A stretch of DNA of 64,000 nt from an uncultured Gammaproteobacteria bacterium (GCA_964490105.1 CAZAZU010000001.1:155440-219439), one strand, 5' to 3'. Shown: positions 38,262 to 47,472, counted from the first letter of the stretch. The notes: generated by a model not told the origin, from the sequence alone. Numbers and translations: made by a program.

Positions 38262-38362
38262 AAAAAAATCCTTCGCTAACGCTCAGGATGGACCAGAATC
38301 GTTAGTTAGATTGCCAACGCGTTCTGGAATTAAAGTTTAACAAAGTGTACTTAACTAGTCAA
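38262..38362 (-). promoter_or_regulatory. pyrB promoter and structured leader
   Basis: TTGACT-17-TAAACT; two hairpins, the second followed by T7 directly before ATG. Confidence 0.65.
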
Positions 38363-38383
38363 CAAGAAAACTCTTGACAACTA

Positions 38384-38410
38384 TTAGCACTCGTGCTATT
38401 CTATTGCTAA
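38384..38410 (+). promoter_or_regulatory. CIRCE-like HrcA operator
   Basis: TTAGCACTC-N9-TATTGCTAA overlapping a TTGACA promoter of hsp20. Confidence 0.8.
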
Positions 38411-38429
38411 TTGAGAGGAGGTGAGTAAA

Positions 38430-38855
38430 ATGTCTGATGATTTAGTACCAAAATCTTTCTGGAGTTTTCCTTCCTTTAGGTTCCCTTCTTTTGGTGACCT
38501 AGATAGAGATGATGATTGGCTGACGATTCCAGGTTTTTCAAATGGTCTTAGTGTATCTGAAGATGAAAATAAGGTTTATGTTTCAGCAGCACTGCCAGGG
38601 GTAAAGCCGGATCAGATTGAAGTAACTTACGATAAAGGCTATCTCTGGGTAAAAGGCGAAGTTAAAGAGGAAGAGGGAGATAATAAGAAATATTATAGAA
38701 AAGCATCCAGCTCCTTTTCCTATAGAGTAGCAGTTCCAGGAGAATTGGATCAAAACAAGGAACCAGAAGCTACATATAAAAATGGAATTATGACTGTGGA
38801 GTTCGCGAAAGTACCTAAAGCACCACCTAAGAAAATAAATATTAAAAGCACTTAA
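38430..38855 (+). CDS. Hsp20/alpha-crystallin small heat-shock protein
   Basis: ALPGV, LWVKGE, EATYKNGIM; SD GAGGAGGTGA. Confidence 0.93.
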   Translation: MSDDLVPKSFWSFPSFRFPSFGDLDRDDDWLTIPGFSNGLSVSEDENKVYVSAALPGVKPDQIEVTYDKGYLWVKGEVKEEEGDNKKYYRKASSSFSYRVAVPGELDQNKEPEATYKNGIMTVEFAKVPKAPPKKINIKST

Positions 38856-38861
38856 GCTTTT

Positions 38862-38886
38862 AACCCCGCTTGTGCGGGGTTTTTTA
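38862..38886 (+). terminator. Rho-independent terminator
   Basis: AACCCCGC-TTGT-GCGGGGTT plus T-tract. Confidence 0.85.
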
Positions 38887-38901
38887 TTATTTTAAAATAT
38901 A

Positions 38902-39858
38902 TTGATGAAGCGGACGATTTGTGCATTTTTTTGTCTTTTAATAGTTTTTCTTGGCGGGACTGGGTTATATTTTCACCACGAGAGAGCCAATGCGAAAAAT
39001 ATAGATTCTCCTCTTCCGGAAGATTTAAGTAAAAACAATAACTCAGAAATAACGAGTCTGGATTTTTGGCTTCCAAGCCTTTTTGGCTTATTTGATTCTA
39101 ATGAAGTGCCTCAGCTTTCAGCTAAATCAGCCTTAGTTTATGATCTTACAGATGAAGTGACTGTTTACGAAAAAAATTCAGAGGAGCGTCTTCCTATGGC
39201 ATCTATTACAAAGCTAATGACTGCAGTTGTTGCAATTGATCATAAAAGGCCCGATGACAGGTATGTTGTATACGAGGAAGCCCTTGTTGGAGAAAATACG
39301 ATAGGTCTCTCAGCGGGTGAAGTAATGACACTTGAAGAACTCTTGTACGGAGTTTTTATGTATTCAGCTAATGATGCAGCTGAAACCCTAGCAATTAACA
39401 CTATGGATCGAAGTGAATTTATAAATACTATGAATAAAAAAGCAAAAGCCATAGGGTTATCTAATACTAATTTTACAAATCCCACCGGGCTTCAAGGGGA
39501 CGGAGATCAATACACAACTGCATATGACTTATTAGTGCTAGCTCGTTATATAGTTGCAAATTATCCTCAAATTATAAAAGCCTCGTCAACTGAAGAAATT
39601 GTTCTTGAGGAATCCAGCGACCATTATGAATACCATTTGTATAATCAGCTAAATCTTATTACAAGTTACCCTGGAGTTAAGGGTTTGAAAGATGGATATA
39701 CTCCTGAAGCAGGACTTTGCTTGGTCACTTATCTTGATTATAAAGGGCATCAGATGATAGGGATTATTCTTGGAAGCGAGAACAGAAGACAGGAGATGAA
39801 AGATTTGCTGGACTATTCACTCACTAAGCAAGGTGTTAAGCCACCGGCCCATGATTAA
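38902..39858 (+). CDS. D-Ala-D-Ala carboxypeptidase (peptidase S11)
   Basis: ASITK, SAN, NPTGL, KDGYT (KTG variant). Confidence 0.92.
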   Translation: MMKRTICAFFCLLIVFLGGTGLYFHHERANAKNIDSPLPEDLSKNNNSEITSLDFWLPSLFGLFDSNEVPQLSAKSALVYDLTDEVTVYEKNSEERLPMASITKLMTAVVAIDHKRPDDRYVVYEEALVGENTIGLSAGEVMTLEELLYGVFMYSANDAAETLAINTMDRSEFINTMNKKAKAIGLSNTNFTNPTGLQGDGDQYTTAYDLLVLARYIVANYPQIIKASSTEEIVLEESSDHYEYHLYNQLNLITSYPGVKGLKDGYTPEAGLCLVTYLDYKGHQMIGIILGSENRRQEMKDLLDYSLTKQGVKPPAHD

Positions 39859-39912
39859 GTTTTAGAATTTCGTTTGCCTTGAATACTTATGGTTTAGTAT
39901 AATACTTCTTGC

Positions 39913-39995
39913 GCCGCGGTGGTGGAATGGTAGACACGAAGGCCTTAAGAGCCTTTTCCCTTTCGGGAGTGGAGGTTCGAGTCCTCTTCGCGGTA
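39913..39995 (+). tRNA. tRNA-Leu(TAA)
   Basis: AAGGC-CTTAAGA-GCCTT arm, long variable arm. Confidence 0.93.
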
Positions 39996-40010
39996 CATAG
40001 AGATATTTTT

Positions 40011-40083
40011 CGGGGTTTAGCTCAGTTGGTAGAGCGCGCGGTTTGGGACCGTGAGGTCGGAGGTTCGAGCCCTCTAACCCCGA
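40011..40083 (+). tRNA. tRNA-Pro(TGG)
   Basis: CGCGG-TTTGGGA-CCGTG arm; C1-G72. Confidence 0.95.
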
Positions 40084-40089
40084 CTTATT

Positions 40090-40779
40090 ATGCCAGAACA
40101 AGGAGAACCTAGACCGCCAATTTCCAGGGTTGAACCAGCTGAAGTATCAAGGAATATTAGAGATTTAGCTGTTGATTATGCTGGATATTTTGGAGTCTAT
40201 GTTGCAGGCAGAGGAGAATATGATAGGGCGTCAGACAGGGTTGGGCCTCTGGAGGGGATAGTTGAAAGATTTCCCGCTCAAGCAGATAGAATAAAATTAT
40301 TAGATGCACATTTAGAAAGAGCGTATGAACTGAAAAAAGGATTTTTTACCGCTCGGGTGCCATCCTACGATAGAGATCCAGAAATAGATTTAGGTAGTCG
40401 TTTAACTTCTTTTTTCGGCAAGCCTCAGCCGAGAGTATCAGTTTCAGGAACACCCCCCGATTATACCTTTGCATCAGTTAGACACCCAGTGGCTCGGCCG
40501 TTGTTGGATTTGATTAATATCGCTATCGCAGTAGATGATGATGTTATGGATAATCCAAACGAGCGCGCGAATAGACTGAAGTCAAATGGTGACAAAATGG
40601 TTCAGGATTTAGTTGGAAAGGACAGAGACCCAAAGAAACTTCTTAGAATCACAGACGTAGCAGTATTAGAGGCTGTATTTGATGGAAGATTAAGATTACC
40701 TGCTTCTCCTGGTAAGCCTTTATATCCAGATCAAGAAATTCGCGTTGGTTCCAGCGAATTACCAGACGAAAGTGCGTGA
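40090..40779 (+). CDS. Orphan hypothetical protein
   Basis: 229-aa ORF starting 6 nt after tRNA-Pro. Confidence 0.65.
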   Translation: MPEQGEPRPPISRVEPAEVSRNIRDLAVDYAGYFGVYVAGRGEYDRASDRVGPLEGIVERFPAQADRIKLLDAHLERAYELKKGFFTARVPSYDRDPEIDLGSRLTSFFGKPQPRVSVSGTPPDYTFASVRHPVARPLLDLINIAIAVDDDVMDNPNERANRLKSNGDKMVQDLVGKDRDPKKLLRITDVAVLEAVFDGRLRLPASPGKPLYPDQEIRVGSSELPDESA

Positions 40780-40782
40780 TCT

Positions 40783-41373
40783 TTAGTTTTCAAGTTGCGC
40801 ATAAGCAACAGTCCTTTCCGAGTAGTTTTTTGTAGCTTTATCGAATTCGCCCTCACAGGTTATAAGATTTAAATATTTTCCAGATGTATCTGCGAAAACT
40901 TCCTGAAGCGGAAATTTATCAAAAGGATATGTTTCGATCCTGGTAACTATGAAAACTAACTCTTTTCCGTTTTTATCAGTTACTTTTATCTCATCTCCCT
41001 TTTGAAGTTTTTTAAGATCCCAGAAAACTGCAGGGGCACCTTTTGGATCGTCCAAATGTCCTGCCATGACAGCGCTTCCGATCTCCCCTGGTTTCGCTCC
41101 CAAGTTATACCAGCCGACATTCTTAGCATCTTTTGGAACATCCATATTTTTCTTTTCATCTAATCCTACGTATTCCACATTGGAAGTGATACTAATACTC
41201 GGAATTTCAAGCTTAACTGGAAGTCCTATGTCTTTTTGGTCTTCAGGGTTTTGATGCGCGATTTTACCTGAAGTTGTGGTTCTGGTTGAAGATTCAGTAG
41301 CGGACAAATTTCTATAAAGAAAGCCCGCTAAAATCACACCTATGAATAGAATAAGAAATGATAGTTTCTTCAT
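40783..41373 (-). CDS. Class F sortase
   Basis: VGWY..GAKPGE.GSAVMAGHLD, LNLITCEG, R. Confidence 0.92.
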   Translation of the reverse strand: MKKLSFLILFIGVILAGFLYRNLSATESSTRTTTSGKIAHQNPEDQKDIGLPVKLEIPSISITSNVEYVGLDEKKNMDVPKDAKNVGWYNLGAKPGEIGSAVMAGHLDDPKGAPAVFWDLKKLQKGDEIKVTDKNGKELVFIVTRIETYPFDKFPLQEVFADTSGKYLNLITCEGEFDKATKNYSERTVAYAQLEN

Positions 41374-41383
41374 TAATAAATAC

Positions 41384-41406
41384 AGACACCTTAAATTAAG
41401 GTGTCT
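41384..41406 (-). terminator. Hairpin between the small peptide and the sortase
   Basis: AGACACCTTAA-A-TTAAGGTGTCT. Confidence 0.7.
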
Positions 41407-41412
41407 TTCACG

Positions 41413-41562
41413 TTATCTTCCAAATCCCGTGGATGGTGCTCCTGCGGGAACGGTAGCGCTTGTTGGTGCGGGAGTCACAGTTGGGGTCGCAGTTTGAGCC
41501 TGCGCTAATCCGACTACTCCTGCAAACATAAGCGTAAGTGCTAGTATTGTTGCTTTTAACAT
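41413..41562 (-). CDS. 49-aa secreted Thr/Pro-rich peptide ending APSTGFGR
   Basis: Hand translation MLKATILALTLMFAGVVGLAQAQTATPTVTPAPTSATVPAGAPSTGFGR; SD AAGGGGGTGA; AQA signal-peptidase site. Confidence 0.8.
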   Translation of the reverse strand: MLKATILALTLMFAGVVGLAQAQTATPTVTPAPTSATVPAGAPSTGFGR

Positions 41563-41674
41563 TTCATCACCCCCTTCAAGCAATTAGTGTCTAATATTGA
41601 TGTGAAAGTCTAGCAAATCAGGAGTAAGAGAAGCATAAGAAAGAACTGGAAATTTGGTGCTTGGGGAAAACAAC

Positions 41675-41748
41675 TGGAGCGGGTGAAGGGAATCGAACCC
41701 TCGTATCAACTTTGGAAAAGTTGTGTTCTACCATTGAACTACACCCGC
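41675..41748 (-). tRNA. tRNA-Gly(TCC)
   Basis: CAACT-TTTCCAA-AGTTG arm; encoded CCA. Confidence 0.95.
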
Positions 41749-41877
41749 TAAATGGGACAAGCCTCGCGATTTTTCCCAACGATTTCCCTTTAAGGATCAT
41801 AAAATCGATACTTTTAGGCCACCGATTTTATGTTTTTAATTCTACCAAAATTGTGGGCTTAGTTCAATTTATTGAAT

Positions 41878-42642
41878 TTAAGGAGTCGGAGTAGTTTCTT
41901 CTGAAAGGCCGAGTTCGCTCCCTACAATTACCAATACTTCCCCATCTTCACCAGTTGCAAATTTCTTAACTTTTCCAACTGGCCCTCTTTTCTCTAGAAC
42001 TTTTGTTAGAGCTTCGATATATGAATCTGGTACATCTTCATTAACTGTGATTATTGTATCTGTATAGCTTGATTTATCAGCATTTCCTATATCTCCTACT
42101 TTAAATCCATCTTCTTCAAGCATTTCTCCGACACTTGCTCCCTCCCCTGCAATTCCGCTTCCATTCTGAACTTCTATGATATATGCCTCTTTATCAAGTG
42201 GTTCTTCTGTTGGAGTTGGAGAAGCTTCTGGGATTTCAAGTTTTTTCTCAGGTTCTTTCCTAAGCTTACTGGTATCGAAATTATCGCTGAAATATAAGAA
42301 ACCTCCAAATGCTAAAAATCCGATAGGAACAACGATAAGAATCGTTAAGAGTAATTTTTTAAATCCAAATCTGCTTCTAGAATTATCGTCCCCAATATTT
42401 ACAGGCATTTCCTCTGAATTTTCTTTTGTTTCAGTCTCCTCTATTTCTTCGGATTCTTTTTCTTCAGTTTCGTTAGATTCCTGCGATTTAATCTCTTCTT
42501 CGGCTGATTCAGCTTTTTCTGCCGGTGTAACTAGTTCTTCAATTTTAGGAGTGTTATCTTCAGTCTCTTCTACTTCTATCGTTACCTTAGCGCTTGGGAT
42601 TTCTGTGACTTTTTTAAATGTTTTCGGTTTTTTAATTGCCAT
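41878..42642 (-). CDS. Membrane protein with LytR C-terminal domain
   Basis: IEVQNGSGIAG.G....L...GF.V..IGNA, VLVIVG. Confidence 0.85.
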   Translation of the reverse strand: MAIKKPKTFKKVTEIPSAKVTIEVEETEDNTPKIEELVTPAEKAESAEEEIKSQESNETEEKESEEIEETETKENSEEMPVNIGDDNSRSRFGFKKLLLTILIVVPIGFLAFGGFLYFSDNFDTSKLRKEPEKKLEIPEASPTPTEEPLDKEAYIIEVQNGSGIAGEGASVGEMLEEDGFKVGDIGNADKSSYTDTIITVNEDVPDSYIEALTKVLEKRGPVGKVKKFATGEDGEVLVIVGSELGLSEETTPTP

Positions 42643-42680
42643 TAAGTCTAGTTTAGGAAAGATTGGTTACTAAGTCAAAT

Positions 42681-43661
42681 TTAGCGGAGAGCTCTAAAAA
42701 TTATTATTGCAGCAGAAACAAATGGAATAGAAAGAAGTGCCCCAGCTACCCCCATAAGATTTCCTCCGACTAAAATCGCGATAATTATAATTACCGGATT
42801 AAGACCTACAGCTTTTTGCATTATTTTTGGAACTAGGAAATTGTTTTCAGCCAGCTGAATTCCTATATAGACTCCAATTACAGAGATTGCCATAACTGGT
42901 GAAATTGCGAGAGCGACGATTGTCGCTGGAATTGCAGCTATGATAGGTCCAAGTGTCGGTATAATCTCTAAAAAGCCTGCTAGGATAGCTAGAGGAAGCG
43001 CAAAGGGTATTCCAAGAATTGTTAGAGCCACCCAAGTAATAACTCCAATTGCTAAGGATAGTATAACTTGTCCTCTTAGCCATGCACCAAGTTTTTCTTC
43101 TACTAAGTGAATTGTCAGAATCCCCTTTTCCTTAAATTCTTCGGGTAAAAGACCGGGCACCGATCTTCCAATTCTATTTCTATCTATTAGCATGTAGAAG
43201 CTTAAGATGAACAAGGTAATTACAGAGAAAATTCCACCGAATACTTTAGATGTAACTGAAAACGCATTCTGCCCTACTGAGCTCGCAATAGGTGAAATAA
43301 CAGAATTAATCTGATCTTTATTTACTTGAATGCCCAATGCCTGGCTAGCAGTGTCTACATATGACGGGATAGCTTTAAGAAGTGACTGAATTTGAGAGAT
43401 AAAGAACGGAAGAATAGGAATGACTAAAAGTACTATAAATGCGATTACTATCGAATAAACAAATACTATTGCTGCGATTTTAGGCACTCTGTGGTGCATA
43501 AGCTGTCTTACGAATGGGTTTAATGCAGCCATGATGATGTAGGAAAGAAAAACAGTTACCAAAATATTTCTTATTTCAAAAAGAAATAAAGCGAGCGCTA
43601 CAATAAGAACTGTAGCTAAAACATGGTTATCTAGGGCGTATTTGACTATAGGATTTTTCAC
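42681..43661 (-). CDS. AI-2E family transporter
   Basis: WLRGQ, IPTLGP, QLAENNFLVPKI, GALLSIP. Confidence 0.9.
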   Translation of the reverse strand: MKNPIVKYALDNHVLATVLIVALALFLFEIRNILVTVFLSYIIMAALNPFVRQLMHHRVPKIAAIVFVYSIVIAFIVLLVIPILPFFISQIQSLLKAIPSYVDTASQALGIQVNKDQINSVISPIASSVGQNAFSVTSKVFGGIFSVITLFILSFYMLIDRNRIGRSVPGLLPEEFKEKGILTIHLVEEKLGAWLRGQVILSLAIGVITWVALTILGIPFALPLAILAGFLEIIPTLGPIIAAIPATIVALAISPVMAISVIGVYIGIQLAENNFLVPKIMQKAVGLNPVIIIIAILVGGNLMGVAGALLSIPFVSAAIIIFRALR

Positions 43662-43735
43662 TATCTTAATTATAGCATAACTTGTTTGATTTTAGGTTCA
43701 AAAGAATGATAAAATACGTCTAGCTAGTCGTGTTC

Positions 43736-43808
43736 GGCCCCGTAGCTCAACGGATAGAGCACATCGGTTCTAACGATTAGGTTGGGGGTTCGATTCCCTC
43801 CGGGGTCG
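43736..43808 (+). tRNA. tRNA-Arg(TCT)
   Basis: ATCG-GTTCTAA-CGAT arm; GGATAGAGC D-arm. Confidence 0.9.
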
Positions 43809-43812
43809 CAAA

Positions 43813-44286
43813 TTATTTAGTTTCGTCAAAAGGAGGAAGCTCTCTTTTTTCAGCTGCACCCTCAATTTTACTATTTACTTTGTTTTCTGTTTGAAAAACT
43901 ACTTTAAAGATTTTATTTTTCTTTCTCCAAAATTTAGAAGCATCTTTTAGAGTATCTAGGAATATATCTAAATCCTTTTCTAGGAGTGATTCTGAGTTTA
44001 TTATGAATAGAATGTATCCTTTTTCACTTTTTATCCAATAAAGATCGGAAATGCATTCATCAAAAGCATTCCAATTGTTACCAAAATAGTACGGAAACTG
44101 TAGTGCGCTAGAAAATTCTTTAAAAAGTTCTTTTGAGTTTGTACAGTTTTCGCCGCGTATAAGTTTTGAAACTACTCCATTTTTTTCTGAGTCGTTTGAA
44201 AATATATTAATATCCCTAGGCCTTGTCTTTACCAAAAAAAATGATGAACTGCCTGAGGTCAATAATTCATTCCAGTTTAAATTCAT
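43813..44286 (-). CDS. Barstar-family protein
   Basis: LQFPYYFGNNWNAFDECISDLYW. Confidence 0.85.
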   Translation of the reverse strand: MNLNWNELLTSGSSSFFLVKTRPRDINIFSNDSEKNGVVSKLIRGENCTNSKELFKEFSSALQFPYYFGNNWNAFDECISDLYWIKSEKGYILFIINSESLLEKDLDIFLDTLKDASKFWRKKNKIFKVVFQTENKVNSKIEGAAEKRELPPFDETK

Positions 44287-45065
44287 TGTGCAGAAGAAAG
44301 ATGCTCCACTGTTCCCTCGTCGAATTTGGCCGAGGTTTTAATAATGTTTGTATCGTTCTCAATTTCTTTAATTCCTACATAAATAAATTTAGATTTATGT
44401 CCGTGTTTGATAAGATACTTGTGCATTTCAAGATCTCCCGGGCTATCGCCAAAAGTTTCAAATTCTTCTGGTTCTCCCCTCCCCTTTATTAAAGATAAAA
44501 ATCTTTCCACTCCTAAATCTTTTCCTACATGCGGGTTTTGAATGTCGGTCGCAATTATGCTTGGTTCAATCACGAGATTTGAGAGCCCTAAATGCTCCAG
44601 GATTTTTTTCATTTCTTCTACAAGACTTTCTTGTTCTTCATGAAATTTATTTAAATCTTTTCCCTTAATAAATTCTGTAGAGATCATAGTTCTCTTGGTT
44701 TCGTCAAAAAACATCGTGTCAGAGTATTTAAATGAAATTAGATCTCGAATTTTCTGTGTTAATTCATCTGGAATTGATATTTGAGGATCCACTATATTTT
44801 CAATTTTTCCATTTTTATAATCTCCCCATGTTCCGCCTTTTTCTCCTACGAAAAATACATTATAAAGGAGGTCTTTATTTATTAACGTCGACTCCAGTGG
44901 TTTGAGTACTTCTTCAATTACAAATTCTAAAGCTCTTCCTGTGTTAAAACCTAAAATCTCACCTCTTTCTAATATTTCAGAAAGTTTTTTAATAATCTGG
45001 GGATTTGCCTTTTTAAATTCCGGATTTGTGATAACTCCGTCTACATCAAATAACCATGCTTTCAT
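44283..45065 (-). CDS. HAD-superfamily hydrolase (class II-like)
   Basis: FDVDGV, NTGR, GK, FGDSPGD. Confidence 0.85.
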   Translation of the reverse strand: MKAWLFDVDGVITNPEFKKANPQIIKKLSEILERGEILGFNTGRALEFVIEEVLKPLESTLINKDLLYNVFFVGEKGGTWGDYKNGKIENIVDPQISIPDELTQKIRDLISFKYSDTMFFDETKRTMISTEFIKGKDLNKFHEEQESLVEEMKKILEHLGLSNLVIEPSIIATDIQNPHVGKDLGVERFLSLIKGRGEPEEFETFGDSPGDLEMHKYLIKHGHKSKFIYVGIKEIENDTNIIKTSAKFDEGTVEHLSSAQ

Positions 45066-45109
45066 AATCATATTATACAAGTTTGTGTCTAAGATGATAT
45101 ACTTTTCCC

Positions 45110-45676
45110 ATGAAAATAGCTGTTCTTGGGGGTCGGTTTGATCCAATTCACGTAGGACATCTTCTTATTGCCCGTCAAGTATTAGAATTTGATTCTACAA
45201 TTGACAAGGTTTTATTTGTTCCAGCTTATGAGCACCACTGGAAACCCATACAGGCAAGTCCGGAGGACAGAGTCGAAATGATTAAGTTGGTTCTTGAGGA
45301 AAGAATGGAAGTCTCAGATATTGAAATAAAAAGAAAAGGCGTAAGTTATTCGATTGATACCATTAGAGCTTTAAAATCTGAAACCGGCGCTGAAATTGTT
45401 TGGGTAGTCGGGTCGGACATTGTAAGAGAGTTTGATAAATGGAAGGATGCAGACCAGTTAGTCAAAGAAGCGACTTTTTTAGTTTTTCCAAGAGATCCTT
45501 ATAAATTGCCAAAAGATTTACCACAAGGATTTAAGTTAGTTGAGTCCTCTACTCTTCAGGTCGCAAACTTCTCATCAACTGTAATTAGAGAAAGAATAAA
45601 AGCAGGAAAAACGATAAAATATCTGGTATCAGAAAAAGTAGAAGAATATATTAAAGAAAATAATTTATATGTTTAA
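45110..45676 (+). CDS. nadD: Nicotinate-nucleotide adenylyltransferase
   Basis: GGRFDPIHVGH, SYSIDT, VGSD, SSTVIR. Confidence 0.93.
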   Translation: MKIAVLGGRFDPIHVGHLLIARQVLEFDSTIDKVLFVPAYEHHWKPIQASPEDRVEMIKLVLEERMEVSDIEIKRKGVSYSIDTIRALKSETGAEIVWVVGSDIVREFDKWKDADQLVKEATFLVFPRDPYKLPKDLPQGFKLVESSTLQVANFSSTVIRERIKAGKTIKYLVSEKVEEYIKENNLYV

Positions 45677-46427
45677 CAACTTGCTTGAGATAGATCCAGC
45701 GCAGGAAGAAAAAAAGATTTTAGAGTTTTTAAAAAAGACTTTTAGTGAGCAGAAAATCGAAAAAGCAGTAATTGGAATTTCAGGAGGAGTAGATTCGGCG
45801 ACCAGTCTTTATTTACTATCTAAATTAATTAGTCCGGAAAACATAATCGCCATACACCTTCCCTACTTTAATGAAATAGATCCTGACGTAAAAATTATCG
45901 AAGAAGAGCTTGGAATTAGGACTACTAAGATTTCCATAAATAAACTAGCTGATGAAATGTTCTCCTGGCTAGAAATACCTAAAGACGATATCGTCCGGCG
46001 CGGAAATATTATGGCGCGCGTAAGAATGATTACACTTTTTGATTTTGCTAAAAAGAATAACGCTATGGTGGTAGGTACTGAAAACAGATCCGAATATCAG
46101 CTGGGATATTTTACAAGGTTTGGCGACGAAGCCTCAGACATAGAGCCTTTGCAGCATCTTTATAAAACTCAAATTTATAAACTTGCCAAGCATTTAGGAG
46201 TTCCGGATTCAATTCTTACAAAAGCGCCATCTGCAAATCTTTGGAAGGCGCAAACAGATGAGGGTGAATTTGGTTTTAGCTATGAAGAGGCTGATCCAGT
46301 ACTTTATTTATATTTTGATAAGAAAAATCCTGTATGGACAATTGAATCAATGCATCAGGGAGCAAAAAAAATTATAGAATTTGCAGAAAAATTTACCTTT
46401 AAGCACCGCGTGCCATATCACTTGTAA
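45669..46427 (+). CDS. nadE: NH3-dependent NAD+ synthetase
   Basis: SGGVDS, NIMARVRM, GYFTRFGD, KAPSANLW. Confidence 0.95.
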   Translation: MFNNLLEIDPAQEEKKILEFLKKTFSEQKIEKAVIGISGGVDSATSLYLLSKLISPENIIAIHLPYFNEIDPDVKIIEEELGIRTTKISINKLADEMFSWLEIPKDDIVRRGNIMARVRMITLFDFAKKNNAMVVGTENRSEYQLGYFTRFGDEASDIEPLQHLYKTQIYKLAKHLGVPDSILTKAPSANLWKAQTDEGEFGFSYEEADPVLYLYFDKKNPVWTIESMHQGAKKIIEFAEKFTFKHRVPYHL

Positions 46428-47097
46428 ATATAGGAATTGAATTTACCCAGCCACTTGTTACCTCAGCAACTCTTGGCAAAACCTCATTCACGAATTTCTC
46501 ATTTGGCATTCTGTCAGCCTGATCGCCTGTAAAATTTAATGCGGCAAATCTATCGTTAAGATCTGGATCAGGAATTGCTATTTTTCTGCCATCTTTAAAT
46601 CTGTGCTGCGCATCTTTCATTAATCCCTCTACCTCTACAAGGGTATGCGGTACTGGCACTATTCCGCCTCTCGATTTTATAAAAATATTCCATGCTCCCC
46701 ACCAGCCAGGAGAACCCTCTTCGAATTTAGATGCAATGGATTCTTTTATCGGAAACGCTTGTTGTCCCTTTCTTGCAATTTCCACACCTAATGCTATCTG
46801 ATGTTTCGGATCTGCTGAAGGCTGGTCCCAATCTCCTCTGGTATGCCTAACTGAAGTGTAATCTAGCGAATGAAAACCATATTGCGCGGCAACAATCCCA
46901 ACTAGTCCTAGGAGCTGAAAATACGCTGGATCTAAATCTTGGTGATCTTGGGCATACCACTTGACGTCTCTTGGCCACTGAGCACTATAAAAATGAGAAC
47001 GTTCAAATGCGGTATATGAAGAAACAGAATCTGTACCCCTAACTATTCTTTTCTGATCTTCTATTGTTTCTACATTTGCAGGAATTTCTCTAGACAT
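46399..47097 (-). CDS. Orphan hypothetical protein
   Basis: 232-aa ORF; TATAAT-8-ATG. Confidence 0.65.
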   Translation of the reverse strand: MSREIPANVETIEDQKRIVRGTDSVSSYTAFERSHFYSAQWPRDVKWYAQDHQDLDPAYFQLLGLVGIVAAQYGFHSLDYTSVRHTRGDWDQPSADPKHQIALGVEIARKGQQAFPIKESIASKFEEGSPGWWGAWNIFIKSRGGIVPVPHTLVEVEGLMKDAQHRFKDGRKIAIPDPDLNDRFAALNFTGDQADRMPNEKFVNEVLPRVAEVTSGWVNSIPIFTSDMARGA

Positions 47098-47142
47098 AAG
47101 GAGGAATTATATCAATTATTTTGTAATATTTTACGTTTGATA

Positions 47143-47454
47143 CTATGAATATTTTTGTGCAAATTTTGAAATCTCATTTATTACAGGAATAATTGCTCTA
47201 CCCTTTTCAGTGAGAGCATAAACCACAGATACTTTATCAAGCGTTTCTTCTTTTCTATTAACTAATCCGTCTTTTTCGAGCTTTTTAAGCCGATCTGAAA
47301 GTGTTGCAGGATTAAGACCTTTAATAGAGCGCTGAATTTCAACAAATCTCAATTCCTTTTCAGAAAGGTGGTTGATAATGCACAGCATGTGAGCTTCAGC
47401 GATTGTTGTTATCGCATGATCTATTTCGTTGGGCTTAACTTTACTAGTTGACAT
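47143..47454 (-). CDS. HxlR/DUF24 winged-helix regulator
   Basis: RFVEIQ....NPATLSDRLKKLE..GLV.R, VYALTEKG. Confidence 0.9.
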   Translation of the reverse strand: MSTSKVKPNEIDHAITTIAEAHMLCIINHLSEKELRFVEIQRSIKGLNPATLSDRLKKLEKDGLVNRKEETLDKVSVVYALTEKGRAIIPVINEISKFAQKYS

Positions 47455-47472
47455 ACTTAATTTTCTGTAGTA

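Noticed and set aside
12354-41894. ORF-track entries overlapping tRNAs (12354, 20842, 39862, 39909, 41618, 41661) and the N-terminal extension of tig
   Set aside because: They are translations of tRNA genes, not proteins.
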